Shown: in pieces, positions 41,101-52,436 of the stretch | Position numbering within the stretch: the first letter of the stretch is position 1 | How the letters are laid out: every line of letters starts with the position of its first letter | NCBI GenBank assembly: GCA_907165135.1 | Contig: OU015566.1 | Span: 1,860,001-1,924,000, forward strand | DNA length: 64,000 nt | Direction: 5' to 3' | DNA from: Oikopleura dioica | Lineage: Eukaryota; Animalia; Chordata | The notes under the pieces: generated by a model | The model's input: the letters and a program-made list of their open reading frames with translations, nothing else | Told to the model about the DNA's origin: nothing | Database searches by the model: none | Position numbers and translations under genes: made by a program

Positions 41101-44100
41101 TTGAAAGCAAAGGAGCTGTCCCAGGGCTTCTTCGCTCGACACTGCGACTTGATCAAATTAAACGTCGTTTCAAAAATGATCATTTGGTGATCGCGCGTCA
41201 TCTGGATCTGTGCGATTTCCAGAAAATTCTTTCCTTCGCATCCGGGAGGACCTCTTGCAAGATTTCCCCGACGTGGTTCCACCCATACTTCGGTGGCGAC
41301 GTGAAATGTGGATATTTTAATGCCATTTGAGCGGTCTTCTTCTTCGTCGGCGAAGGATTTTCGCGGAAGTTCTATTGGAGGAAAGAGAACGATCTATAAC
41401 TAGGGTGAACTAAATTCTCAAAAGATAAGGGGCAGAATCCCCTTTCTTGACCCTCCATAATCGGTAAATATTCTCACCCAAGTCCTGAATAATCCCAGTA
41501 TCTTCTCTATCGTGAGTTTTTTGCTGCATTCTATCCGCTTCCCTCTCGAATTGTCCCTCGTCTGCGAGAGTGATTGGACCATCGTTGCCTGAGAACACGA
41601 TTTTGAAGCCATCGTCGAGCCGGTCTTTGAATAAATCCATCATGATATCATTCAGCGCGTTGATATGATGACATTTCACCTCCCAGACGAATCGCCGCTG
41701 ATGAAGATACGAGAAAACATGCCAATTTGGCGTTGATGATTCTTCTACCGGCTTGTCCGTGGATTTGGAATTGACAAGAGGGGAGAACCAGAGCTTTCTC
41801 GGCAGCGTTTTGTATTTGATGAGAAGATATGTGCTTGCAAGGGGCTTTTTGAGGACATGACAAAAGGGACTTCGATCGGAACTCGTCAGGTGTTCTTTTA
41901 TGCTTTCGAAAATGATGCCTCTTCTTTCGATACTCATTCCAACATTGAATGCGACTCTGATGATGGAAACAAGTCCAAGTTGAGTTTTTCGGATCATCAC
42001 GAACCCTTCTTTTTGATAACTCGGAGGTTGAGAAGAGAGAGACCGTCCGTTCTTCAAAGTCTTGTAGACGAAGGTCTTTCTGTTGTCGACATGCCAGCTT
42101 ATCGTTCCTTCATCGCCCAGGGAGCACTTCCACTTGAGAAGAAGCTCGCCGAGCTCGGAATCAGAAGAATCCGCGCCAATTTGCGGGTATTGATTCGCCA
42201 AGTTGCTGTTTCGCAGAAACAAGTCATTCGGCTGAACATGGTCCACGATCCAATTCGGCTTGAGAATCAGCTCCAATTTGTGCGTATGAAACCACTTTTG
42301 CCAGTTGTGCTCTGGAAGCGAAATGATTTCTTTCCAAACATCACGGGATTCTGTCTCCAGACTTTCTGCTTCGCCCGTTTTCGAAATGAGATACAGTGTT
42401 TCGAGCATGTTGTCAGTGTTGTGAAGCTCGTTGACGTAGATTTGAGTCCAATGAACGCCGGAATTCGCCTCGTTCGTCGCAGTCTTCCCTCGCATTGTGC
42501 AGACATTACAGGTGTTCTGCTTCTTTTTGTGGTTCAATTCGCACATCAAAAACTCAAACTGGCCTTCGATGGCGATCGTCACAGTAGTTGAGCCGGGATC
42601 CGAATAATTTCGTCGAGCGCAGTAGACGATGTGCGAAGTTGGCTTCCAGGGCATCAGAAGTTTCGCCGATACAAGTTCTTTTTTGCTTACGCGCCATTCT
42701 TTTACCGTAAATCCTTCGCGGAGGTGACAAGAAATGAGATTTTCGAGGGGGATCTCGTAGCTGCGGGTTTTCTTCACCTCTTTTTCGTAAAGAATGACTT
42801 AAATGAAAGATATCGTTATTTGAAAACAAAAAAATTCTAACCTTGTTTCTTGTTGATGATTCCTCTAGAGTAGGACAAGTTTTCAGCCTTATGCCATCTT
42901 CGAATAATGTCCGGAATATTGTAGTAAATATCGGTTCCAGGCAAATATCTTCCGCAATAAAGTCCTTTTTGAAAAGACCAGGTGAGGAGTCCACGAGCGA
43001 TCGGATTCAGGACATCTTCCGAGTCTCGATTCTTCGACCACCATTTAGGCGGCCAAGAGCGGCGAGTTTTGAAGTCGAGGTTGATGAACATTCCATGCGT
43101 CGCGGCGGAGATGAATTTCATCAAATGAGCATTAGGGACAAGGCCGAATGAGTTCATCGGCGTGTTTTCGGTGACCTGGACGAAAGAGCAGGAAATAGTC
43201 TGATTGCGAAGCCTGTTCAAAATGTCGCAAATGTTGGACTCTCCTCTGAGCATATTTCCCATCGCTCGGACATGCCCTTCTCTCATCATCATCGACGTTT
43301 CCAAGGAATAGATATCCGAGCATCCATCAGTGATGATGCAGATTCCAGCGATCGAGTTCGATGGTAGCAGTTGAAGCGCTAGAATTCCAGTTCGGAGCAT
43401 TGGAACCAACCCTTCATCGGAGACGTTTTTTCGATTGGTTCGTTTCACTTCGTATGCGTAGTTGATCTTTTCTCTAAGAAGCTCCATTGTTGCTAAAATA
43501 AGGGCTCAAAATTTTTCTTATTATGTTATATTCAAGGTTTTTCTTGAGCCCTGTCCTGGAATCGTCGCTTTTGTCAAGTATCTATCCTGTTCAAAAACCA
43601 CATGGCCATTTTCTTCACCCAAGAAACCGATCAGAGTGCAGAAAATCTCCGGTGTAATGAACGAATCGTCGAATTGTCCCGGAACTTGGTAGTCTTTCAG
43701 CAAATTTTCGAGTACAATTTCGAACGCTTCCAGCATTTCGTCAACGATCACCATTGAAGTAAGTCGATTGACGCGGATCGCTGAGGAGGAGAGATCGAAG
43801 AGAAAGACGAATCGGTAGCGTTTGAAGATGAAGACGACGTCGACTTCGTCCGTGATGTCGCCATCTTTGGTGTGGCCGATGATGTCGATTTTGTCCGGGA
43901 AGATGTTTTCTTTTTCGCGGAAAAGACTGTCGATGATCTGAAAAACGATGATCTTTCGTGTCTTCTCTCTATAGAAAAGTACCAAATTTCAACCCTTTTC
44001 ACCCGAAATCCCTTTTGAAAATCCATTTCCTTACCCATTTGGCTCTAGAATCGCGGCTGATTCTTGCAGTATCCTGGACGAGAACGAAAGCTTCTTCAGT

Positions 44101-44139
44101 TTCATAGTGGACTTCTTCTTCTTCGTCATCCATAATCAT
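32128..44139 (-). CDS. SZT2: SZT2, KICSTOR complex scaffold (multi-exon, >3000 aa)
   Basis: N-terminal EEAFVLVQDTARISRDSRAKW; YRFVFLFDLSSS; MLRTGILALQLLPSNSIAGICIITDG...CSFVQV...FGLVPNAHLMKFIS; LISCHLREGF; C-terminal CYKDHLWKL...LSDLKELL...RHLAVFN. All align with remembered SZT2 segments. Confidence 0.92.
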
Positions 44140-44477
44140 ATTTCATTTCTTCTTTTTCAGAAGATTCTTTTTTCTTTCTCAGGCTTTTTCTCGAATCTCG
44201 AAATTGGTTCGGACTGAAAAGTGGAGCGCGCGCCTTTCAGCGATTGGCCGAAAGATAATTAGGAGGAATTTTGAAAAGGAAAGAGAAATGGAAAAACGAT
44301 ATTTTGGAAGGAGAACTCATAATTGAAGAGAAAAACAGAAGGAGGTAAAGCTTTTTTTCTCATACATAAAAAAGAATATTTTTTATTAAGAAAAAGTAAA
44401 TTTAATATCTTGTTAATAATTTTTTTTTTTGCTTTATATTCACTTATAGTCAATTTTTAGACCAAACTCGGTCCGAA

Positions 44478-45071
44478 ATGCCGTCTCTTCGTTACGCTCT
44501 TGAACCTCCCCCAAGGCCGGACCCATATTCAGACGATGACGACGATGAGCCCACACCTCAGCTGCGAATCTTCCACAACTACGATGCTAGAAGACGCGCT
44601 TGCGCTGATGGCGCTGGGCCGAGTCATGCTTACGTCCCTCCTCCCGAAACGCCCTTTTCTTCGGAATCTGAAGGCGAAGATGAAGAGTTAAAAGCTGCTC
44701 CTATAGCTGCAATGCGAAAACGTAAATTTTCTAGCGACGAGGAAGGGATGAACCAACGGCCAACGAAACAGATACGGGATTATTTGTCCAGCAGCTCCGA
44801 TGAAGATGAACTTTCAATGTCTCCAATCGCAGCCAAGCGTAAACGAAGCGATTCAACTGACGAAGAAGATCTCCCTCCTCCAAAATCATCAAGAGAAGAG
44901 ATGCTCAGCTCAAGCGATGATGATGTTCCTCTAGGAGAGTTGTGTAGGAAAGAGAATAGCCCGCTTCATCGAGATTCCGCGAATTCGGAAGTCGATCAAG
45001 CTGAGTTTCAGCCGATTCATTCGGACTTAATCAAGGTAAGAAAATATAAATTGAAAGCGAAAACTTCCTAG
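44478..45071 (+). CDS. Acidic/basic nuclear-type orphan protein (first exon; downstream exons unresolved)
   Basis: 197-codon ORF with repeated S-S-D/E-E-D tracts and KRK motifs, an AG acceptor just before the ATG and a donor at 45036. It could belong to the host or to the element. Confidence 0.5.
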   Translation: MPSLRYALEPPPRPDPYSDDDDDEPTPQLRIFHNYDARRRACADGAGPSHAYVPPPETPFSSESEGEDEELKAAPIAAMRKRKFSSDEEGMNQRPTKQIRDYLSSSSDEDELSMSPIAAKRKRSDSTDEEDLPPPKSSREEMLSSSDDDVPLGELCRKENSPLHRDSANSEVDQAEFQPIHSDLIKVRKYKLKAKTS

Positions 45072-45359
45072 ACTAGGAATCCCGGATACCCTCCTTTCGT
45101 CAGGAAATCCTCCATTCGTCAGGAAACTTGCAGATTTTCCTGGCGAATGGAGGATGTTCTAGAAACTCGTCTTCTGATGATTTTCCCTTGATTTATCAAT
45201 TTATTATTCTTTCTAAAAAAGGGTTAGGGTTGAGTAAATTCCCAATTATATGTTAAAAAAACTGATTTCTATCCAAAATTACTATAAAAAGAACGAATTT
45301 GTCACCTAAATTCGCAATTTTAATAGTCAATCTCCTGTAGGAAAACATGAGTAGTTATA

Positions 45360-45632
45360 GTAGTGACTGACCATTTGATAATTTTTCTGTGTGTTGATTG
45401 GGTGCGAGCGATGTAGCACTGAACCGGAAGGCTCACGGCTCAGTGCGGGGGGAAGGCCCCTCAGGGCCTTCTTGACACTCATCAGACTCCAAATGAAAGC
45501 ATTTTACGCCACCACCAAGGTGCTGCACCACTTGCATTACATGCATGGCACCAACACACACTATAGGGCGGCGTGATTTTTTTCTCCACTCCACACAGCG
45601 ATTTTTTACTTGTTCAAATGGTCAGTCACTAC
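45360..45632. mobile_element. 273-bp MITE with ~19-bp TIRs and probable TA target duplication
   Basis: TA|GTAGTGACTGACCATTTGA ... TCAAATGGTCAGTCACTAC|TA, with several internal hairpins. Confidence 0.7.
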
Positions 45633-46781
45633 TATTTTCGCCTATTTAAAAATAAAAATTATTTTAAACGCACTACCCCACTATTCTAACGCTACTGAAC
45701 CCGCCTATCTTTTTACATTACTCGTAACTTAACTCTAACCCTTAGAACTAAACCCTTCAACAAAGTAATTTCGCTAACTCGGGCCCCTCTGCACCAATTC
45801 TCTTCGCCCGCTCGACCCAGCGCTCCAATACCAACGCGCCAATTGCCGCGCGGATCCACGCCCATGGATTAGCCCCGCCATTGTCCCGCATCGATCCGCC
45901 TTCTCGCTTACTCATCGGGCTCTAGAAGCTTCGGCACGTTCTACTCATTCTCGAACTTTCTATTCATTGATCCATTCAGGCTCTCTCCACCAGCTCAGCC
46001 GCCGCCTCCGCCGCCCAGCTGCTCCAGCGCCCCGATCACTCTCACTGCCACTGATTATCACGACCCTCGCGCATGATCGCCCAGCTCAATCTTTTCAGGT
46101 TAGAATCTCCGTATATTATGAAAAACGGGGTTGAAAAAGGAGTAGATCAATTCATTTATTCAGGCATTACGGTGCTATGGTTGTGAAACGGTGAGGGTAC
46201 AGTTCTTCATCGCTATAAATTGGTGGCAGGTTTGTGATGACAATGAAGACAATCGCAGCGAAAGTAGCAGACATCATTACGCAAAAGCAGCAACCAAGAA
46301 TGATGCTTTCAAGGATTACCTGGATAAAATTGGTCGCCATTTTGCTTGTATTTGTTTGTAAGTTTTCAAAGTTTTTGAATTTTTATGCTCGAATGAAAAA
46401 TTCTGCGCGTTAAATGTCTTTCTCCAGGTGAGTTCCAACTGGCCTACGTCTGGAATTTATGCAATCAGCCGCCCCTTATCGCCCTGGACATTCTTATCAT
46501 AGATTTCTTCAGGTACACCGCTGGGACTAGCCACACTCGCTTTCAGTAAAGTCACACCGCCGCTGCACGATCGCTCTGCGTTATCTACTTCTTACTACCT
46601 CTCAGAAACCGTAATACTTTTTCAAGTCTGATTTAACCTATCAATAAATAATCCCTTCTTTATTTGAATAAATGTAGCTCAAGAAAAATTATTAGCGTAA
46701 TGATATTGAGTGTGTTTATGAAATGATTCTTTATTCTTGAGTAAAAATTCTAAAAAAGACATTTTGTTTTTCTTTTTTTAT

Positions 46782-46928
46782 TTATAATCCAGAAGTAATA
46801 ATCTTTGCAAAAAACAAGTTGAACTGAACAAGTGCAGAGCAGGCGTAAAACAAGATCGCAAAAGCAGTAACAATGGCGAACAGGTAGAAAAGAGCGAAGA
46901 GGACGAGAGCGAAGATAAGAAGATCCAT
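46782..46928 (-). CDS. 48-aa hydrophobic membrane micropeptide
   Basis: MDLLIFALVLFALFYLFAIVTAFAILFYACSALVQFNLFFAKIITSGL*. TATAAAA at 47015-47009 and AATAAA overlapping or following the stop. It is below the ORF-track cutoff. Confidence 0.55.
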   Translation of the reverse strand: MDLLIFALVLFALFYLFAIVTAFAILFYACSALVQFNLFFAKIITSGL

Positions 46929-47004
46929 TTTTCGTTCTTGTTTTCGTTGAAGTTTTTGAAAAATTTGATTTTTTGGTTTTTATGAAGTTTGAGAACTCGG
47001 ACAT

Positions 47005-47330
47005 GCCTTTTTATACGCGCAGATGTTACGGAAGTGATAGTATCAGCTGTTTATGGTTCGATCTAGAATCTAAATTAGTTTGGGCAAATTGACTATCAAT
47101 TTGTGTATCTCCAATTTTCCAGCTGGGGAAACATCAGAGCAATTCGCACCTTATTTATCAATGAAGATCAAGTGCGCACCTTGTACTTGAGAAAGCAACT
47201 GATCTACCGGATATTATTATTGTTTTTATCTTGCGTTTCATCTTTTTAGGGGTACTTTTTGGCGACTTTTTCGGTACTTCTAAGAGAACTAGTTGGCGCA
47301 CCTAGTTCAAGGTTCAGTATAAAACCAGAA
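47005..47330. promoter_or_regulatory. Divergent TATA promoter pair
   Basis: TATAAAA on - (47015-47009) and on + (47318-47324). Between them are repeated (G)CGCACCT and GATA-like motifs. Confidence 0.5.
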
Positions 47331-47361
47331 CTTTTTTTCAGCAGGTATCAAACAATTCAAA

Positions 47362-47715
47362 ATGATTGTACCAATTGAACAAATTAAACCCAAGAAGAAG
47401 AGCGTTACCAAAAAGATGGCCAATTTTTTCAAGCGGCAGTTTACTACTTACCAGTACCCAGTCAAAGAGATCAACCAGAAAATTTTGTGGATCGACACAA
47501 ATACAAACACTAACCTTGGCGCCATGACCAAGGCTTCCGTCAGCTCCGTTCTCCATTGTCCTCCGCCGCCATACCCGAAATCTGTTGGATTAGCCCCTCT
47601 CACCACCAAAGAAGAGCCGCCGATGCACTCCCATTTTTCGGATGAAACGCTGAAATATGCGACGATCCGTCGCTCGTACTCCGTTCGCTACCGAAACGCC
47701 TCACGCTTCTATTGA
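47362..47715 (+). CDS. 117-aa orphan protein with a PPPPY motif
   Basis: ATG 38 nt after TATA, intronless ORF, AATAAA near 47792. Confidence 0.6.
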   Translation: MIVPIEQIKPKKKSVTKKMANFFKRQFTTYQYPVKEINQKILWIDTNTNTNLGAMTKASVSSVLHCPPPPYPKSVGLAPLTTKEEPPMHSHFSDETLKYATIRRSYSVRYRNASRFY

Positions 47716-48026
47716 AACTTTTCACTTCCATTGCACCTCTATTTATGATAATTTCTTTCTTACTACCATTCTTACGCTCTAAATTTTCTAAAATAAAAAA
47801 TATAAGGACAAAATCTCATCTTGTTGTATTTATTATCAGCGGTTTAAAAGCATCTCTGTTTGAACCGGTAAAGTGGACTCAGATGATTTATCAGAAATTG
47901 TTTTCATTTTTCAATTTTTTTATTTTCTCAAGTAGCATTTTATAATCCTTATTCTCGTTTCAGCCCTCTTTTTCAGTTTGTTTATTTGCGCTCAGATGCG
48001 AATGATAAATGAGTTCTATTTAAAGT

Positions 48027-48289
48027 TTATTGTTCCATATAAATTGAGCTAGAAGTAGCGTTGTTAATAAAGAAATCCATGTCTTCAATCTCTTCGTCTG
48101 ATGTTTCGTTCAAATGCCAGTGAATATGAAAGCGGCTAAGGCGTCTGGCTAAATCCTCAAAAACAGAATCTTCTATTATGGGAATATTAAAGGCATGCGA
48201 CAAACTTTGTCCCTGCCCGAGTTTAAACTCTCCTTTACGGTCTAAGCAATAAATAATAAAATTAGAAAAAACCTCTTACCTCTTTTCAT
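48027..48289 (-). CDS. 74-aa spliced orphan protein
   Basis: TATAAAA at 48334-48328, ATG AAA AGA G|gtaaga...ttag|AC CGT in-frame phase-1 intron, acidic C-terminus, AATAAA at the stop. Confidence 0.6.
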
Positions 48290-49378
48290 GTTTTTGTTGT
48301 TCTGATAGAATCATTAGAATCGCTCGCTTTTATAACATACTACTGTATTTATTCAAATTTTACGAATCTTAGCAAATCAGGTTTTTTCACGCTTCATTTT
48401 ATTACAGTATTTATTCAATATTGATCGCAAGAGAATTACTAAGTGAAGACATGGAGGAAGTTCTTGGTTGGAAAATTTTAGTTTCATTTTTGATTGATTT
48501 ATATTTGTTAACTTCATCATTGCCAATAGGAAAGAAATACTTGCTTTTATGCACCATTTTACGTTAGTTATTTGAAAAGTCAAGGAGGAAACTGGTGTTT
48601 GGAATTTCGTTCCATTTTATAAAGGTTTAAAGAAATCATCGAGAAGATTATTTGGTAGTGAAAGCATTTTATCACTTTTCAAAATACATATCCGCGAGAA
48701 AATATTTGACGCTAGAATTTATGGTTCATTTTATATTTTTCATAATATTCTTCATTTAGTTGCTTCTGAGGTGGCTGAACATGCTTGTCGTTTTGTAGTC
48801 ACTAAAAAAATCATTTTGATTTGAGCTCTATTTTTACCTGACCATTTTAAAATTCTCATCTTTATTAAAAACGTAACTCAACGATGTTTTTATTTTAATT
48901 TTACATTGGCGCTCGTGAAGCCGCTAAATGGTGCTGTTCGAGGAGCTCTCTCTTCAACTATCGATTTAAAAATGAAGTTTTTTTAGAATAACGTGACAAT
49001 TCGATCATGTCTTCGAAAAAACACGAGAATTTTGCTCCTCAACTCGAATCACTATCTTTGGGGTGGGCAAGTTTGCCCTTGTGGAATATTCTAGCGGAAG
49101 CAGGTACGTCGAGTGTTCAATTACTTTCAAGCATTCCCCATGTTCAGTATCATTTTTAAAAAGCTATATTACTGGACATAAGCGAATGTATGACATAATC
49201 TTGCCGGATGTGAAACTTGACAAGAAACCCCAACCCTTGCCTATATTGAGTCAGAGCAGCGTCAATTAAGGCAACGTGGAGTTTTTGTCATTTTCTTAAC
49301 ATATATACCGATTATCTGGGGCTTTAGTGCGAGTGAGAATATAAAGACGCTCTTGATCAGGCGCACTTTTCTCATTCG

Positions 49379-50352
49379 ATGAGGGCGCAATTTTTCCGCG
49401 CTGATGTTTTCAATTTATACGGCGATTTTCGTGGCAATACTCACTTTATGCATTACTCGCTTAATAATAGCAAATTTAATTTGCTATCCTTCAGCGAGTT
49501 CTTTTTAGGCAAGCGCGGGGAATTGAAACAGTTTGACGACTTTTCGGCGGCTGATTCTGCTCTTCAAAATGAACAAGGTTTATTCTCGGTTAGTTTTTCG
49601 GTTATTTATTTTAAGCCATCTTTGACGCTCTTTCGCACGAATTGGACCTCTCCTGTGCACGTCTTTTGCTTCTCATTGAGCAATTTTACTCTTCAAATGC
49701 TGCAATAGGGGACGTTTTGATGTGTTCAGATGGAGCCCATCGTAAGCGCAAGTTAGTCGACGATGACACTCCCACGCGTCCGCAATCAACAATGAGTTCT
49801 AGCTCCCAGTCAGCGTCTTCATTATCACTAGATCGTCCCATTCTCAATGATAAGGTAGATGGTATTTCTGGAGCTTTCGAAGATTTGAAGATGGCGAATG
49901 ACAAAGAAAAGCCCGAAGCGAACAGTTCTCGACAGACCTTTGAATACCACAACATGGTAAAAACACTCAAAGCCAATAATCCTGTCGGAACTGCTTCTGC
50001 GAAAGTATTATACGTTTTATGTAAAACCGAAGCCGAGTACAAGGTGAAATGTGGAATCCCTCTCAAAACGCAAGATATCCTCGATTGTAAGCGCGCTGCT
50101 GCATTCGCCGGAAAGGATGGTGCGATTTTTGATGAACTGTTTCGGAAGAGTTATTTGCAGGAGTGCAGGGAGCGAGCAAGAGGATCTACTTCATCACCGG
50201 CTGGAAATGACGACGGCACTGAACATGACTATGAAATCTACGCGAGAAGTCTTCCGATCAACCCTCTTTCTTTTATCGGGCAAGCAATTGCCGACCAAAT
50301 GAAAAAGTTGGAAGAAGATGAAAATGCAAAGAAGGATCAGTCATCAGAATGA
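49379..50352 (+). CDS. Spliced orphan (~310 aa) with a possible BEN-like C-terminal helical domain
   Basis: TATAAAG at 49340, ATG 49379, and a 38-nt intron 49578-49615 that joins to the 49642-50352 ORF. RKRK NLS. Confidence 0.55.
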
Positions 50353-51087
50353 AGATAATGAAAGTTAAATTTTGGTTAAATTATTAGCCAAAGCATAAAG
50401 TCTACTGATTTCTACAATTTTTTTTGTTTTTTGCTTTTTTAACGCATTTTATTCATTTCATCTACAAGTTATTTTTTGTTTTTCGGTTGCTTTTTAATAG
50501 TGAACTAATTGGTGCTTTTTAAATTGAACTTTCTGACGCACAGCGTGATTTCATTTTGGATCTCCTCTTTGATTACAGGGTAAATATTAATTGAGAACAA
50601 TGTCTAGCCTGTAATCGTATCAATGTTTTGCGCCTTTTCAAAAGTGATAAATGTATCTAATCTACTCTACAATTAAATAACATTTCAAAACAGCCATGTG
50701 TGATAAGAAAATTAGGAATATCTAGATGTTTTTCTCCTTCAGTAATTGTAAGTTATAAAAACTTTCGCCAACGACAAGATCAGCTCCGACCTATCATTTA
50801 GGCCGCCAAGAAAACCTCATTTTTTGTTTTGTTGAAGTATGAATAGTTACTGTTATTCGGATCAGCTCAAACTCTTTCTACTTCAGCTTTTATTTTTTAC
50901 TGCTTTATTAATACAACATCTGCCATAAAATCTCTAGTGTTTCTAGCGTTTCTTTGCAAAATGTCGCAAAATGTTTCTAGATGCAATGTTTATCTCAGGC
51001 GTTTCTATAAAAGCAGCAGTAAGTCGAGCTTCCGTTCAGTTTTGTATTTGACAGCAGTAAAACAAGACAATTTTCTAATCTTGCGCG

Positions 51088-51956
51088 ATGGGACGGAAAA
51101 AGGTACGATTTGTAAGAGATGTTATTGCTTAAAAATATTACAGCAAGCGCAGCAAAAACGCAGCAGCCGCAGAACCGAGACCGTGCGTCAAAAAACACCA
51201 CCAAAGCCTTATCGAGGCCTTCCACCTGCGTCTCCTCCACTCTCACCCCGAGAGTACTTGGAAGTGCACAGCCTCGATCCCCTCGACTCTCTTTTCGTTG
51301 TTAACGAAACCGTCGCTGCTAACGAATCAGCGCTTGAGGACACCATCGTCGGTGGCGAGAACCTTGTACCGATTGAAGCTACTGAACCAACAAGAGCGCA
51401 TCGTCAGCTTGTCTTCGATTCTGATGAGAGCTCCGACGGTGACGAGCACGACCGTGCTTTTATTGAAGAGCCCGCCTTTGGTCCAAGGCGCGCCAAGCAT
51501 TGCATTACCTACCGTGGCTTAATTAGAAAAGTGGGCCCAAATAATCCAGCGGAAGTAATTCGGTACTTGGGTGAAAATGGGGACAAAGGGCGATGGTTTT
51601 TCCGGCCGGTTTATGGTCGTTTTTGCAAAACCTCTCACGGGTTCTTGCGTTTTAACGAAGAACGTAAGTGTTTATTTTTTTACTTTATTTAAAATAAAAA
51701 TTAAGTCTACGAGGGCACTGGCGATGATCTCGAACGAATCTTGAAGATTCTGGACAAGATCTTCAGAAATCGCACGACTGAAATGGCGGAGTTTGAGGAG
51801 GAGCTAAATCGAGGGGAGATTGGAGTGGTTCTTGAAACAAAAACGCATCTTCTCCCCCTGAAAAACATTCAGTTCGGGATTGCAAGCCTCAAGAAAACCG
51901 ATCCGGATCGACGGGCAGAGCACGATGAAGCTCCAGCGTATGCGTCCGAGCCTTGA
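51088..51956 (+). CDS. Three-exon orphan with a basic N-terminus, Pro/Ser-rich and acidic regions
   Basis: TATAAAA at 51006, MGRKK|QAQQ via intron 51103-51143, and a second intron 51664-51705 that joins to the 51741-51956 ORF in frame. Confidence 0.65.
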
Positions 51957-52436
51957 AAAGGCTTTTTTCAAGTTTATTTGAAAACTCCAGCTGTCAAATA
52001 AAAACTTATTTTATATTCATTATCTTATTCTTTGATTAAAATCTAGTTGCAGTTTAAAAAATGCGCCTTGAATGTGAGTCTCGAATTATTCGTAAATGCG
52101 ATCAATCTAGAAAAGAGTTTGCGCATTAGCAGAAGCGCGGCGCGTTTAGTCGGCGAGCGGCGAAAATCATTTCCAGAAGTGAGATTTGTCATTTCGAGAA
52201 TTTGATTTTGAAAAATGTGGAGGTTTTGTTCTCACATGGGAAAATCACCGTTATCAAATCAGCGCGGAGAAGAAAATTGTGAATAAGAGAAGGAAGTAAA
52301 ATCGAAGAGAATTTTCTTTTACTGGCGATTATCAAAGTTAATTTTTCTCAAGCGAATTCATACATCTGATAAATTCACCGGCTTACGTTAATGATAACCA
52401 TCCCTTTTTTACAGAACAGTTGGCGTTAGAGAGTTA

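Noticed and set aside
41857-42591. Independent 244-aa + strand gene (also 33871-34395, 38885-39301 and 40131-40610)
   Set aside because: These are antisense to well-supported SZT2 exons and have no recognisable features.
45350-45380. Left terminus of the Polinton (AGTAGT)
   Set aside because: It is paired with an inverted copy only 270 bp away, has TA flanks and lacks a 6-bp TSD. It is better explained as a MITE.
46750-47004. 84-aa ORF from the track
   Set aside because: The ATG is only a few nt from the TATA box. The alternative 48-aa frame fits the promoter and poly(A) spacing better.
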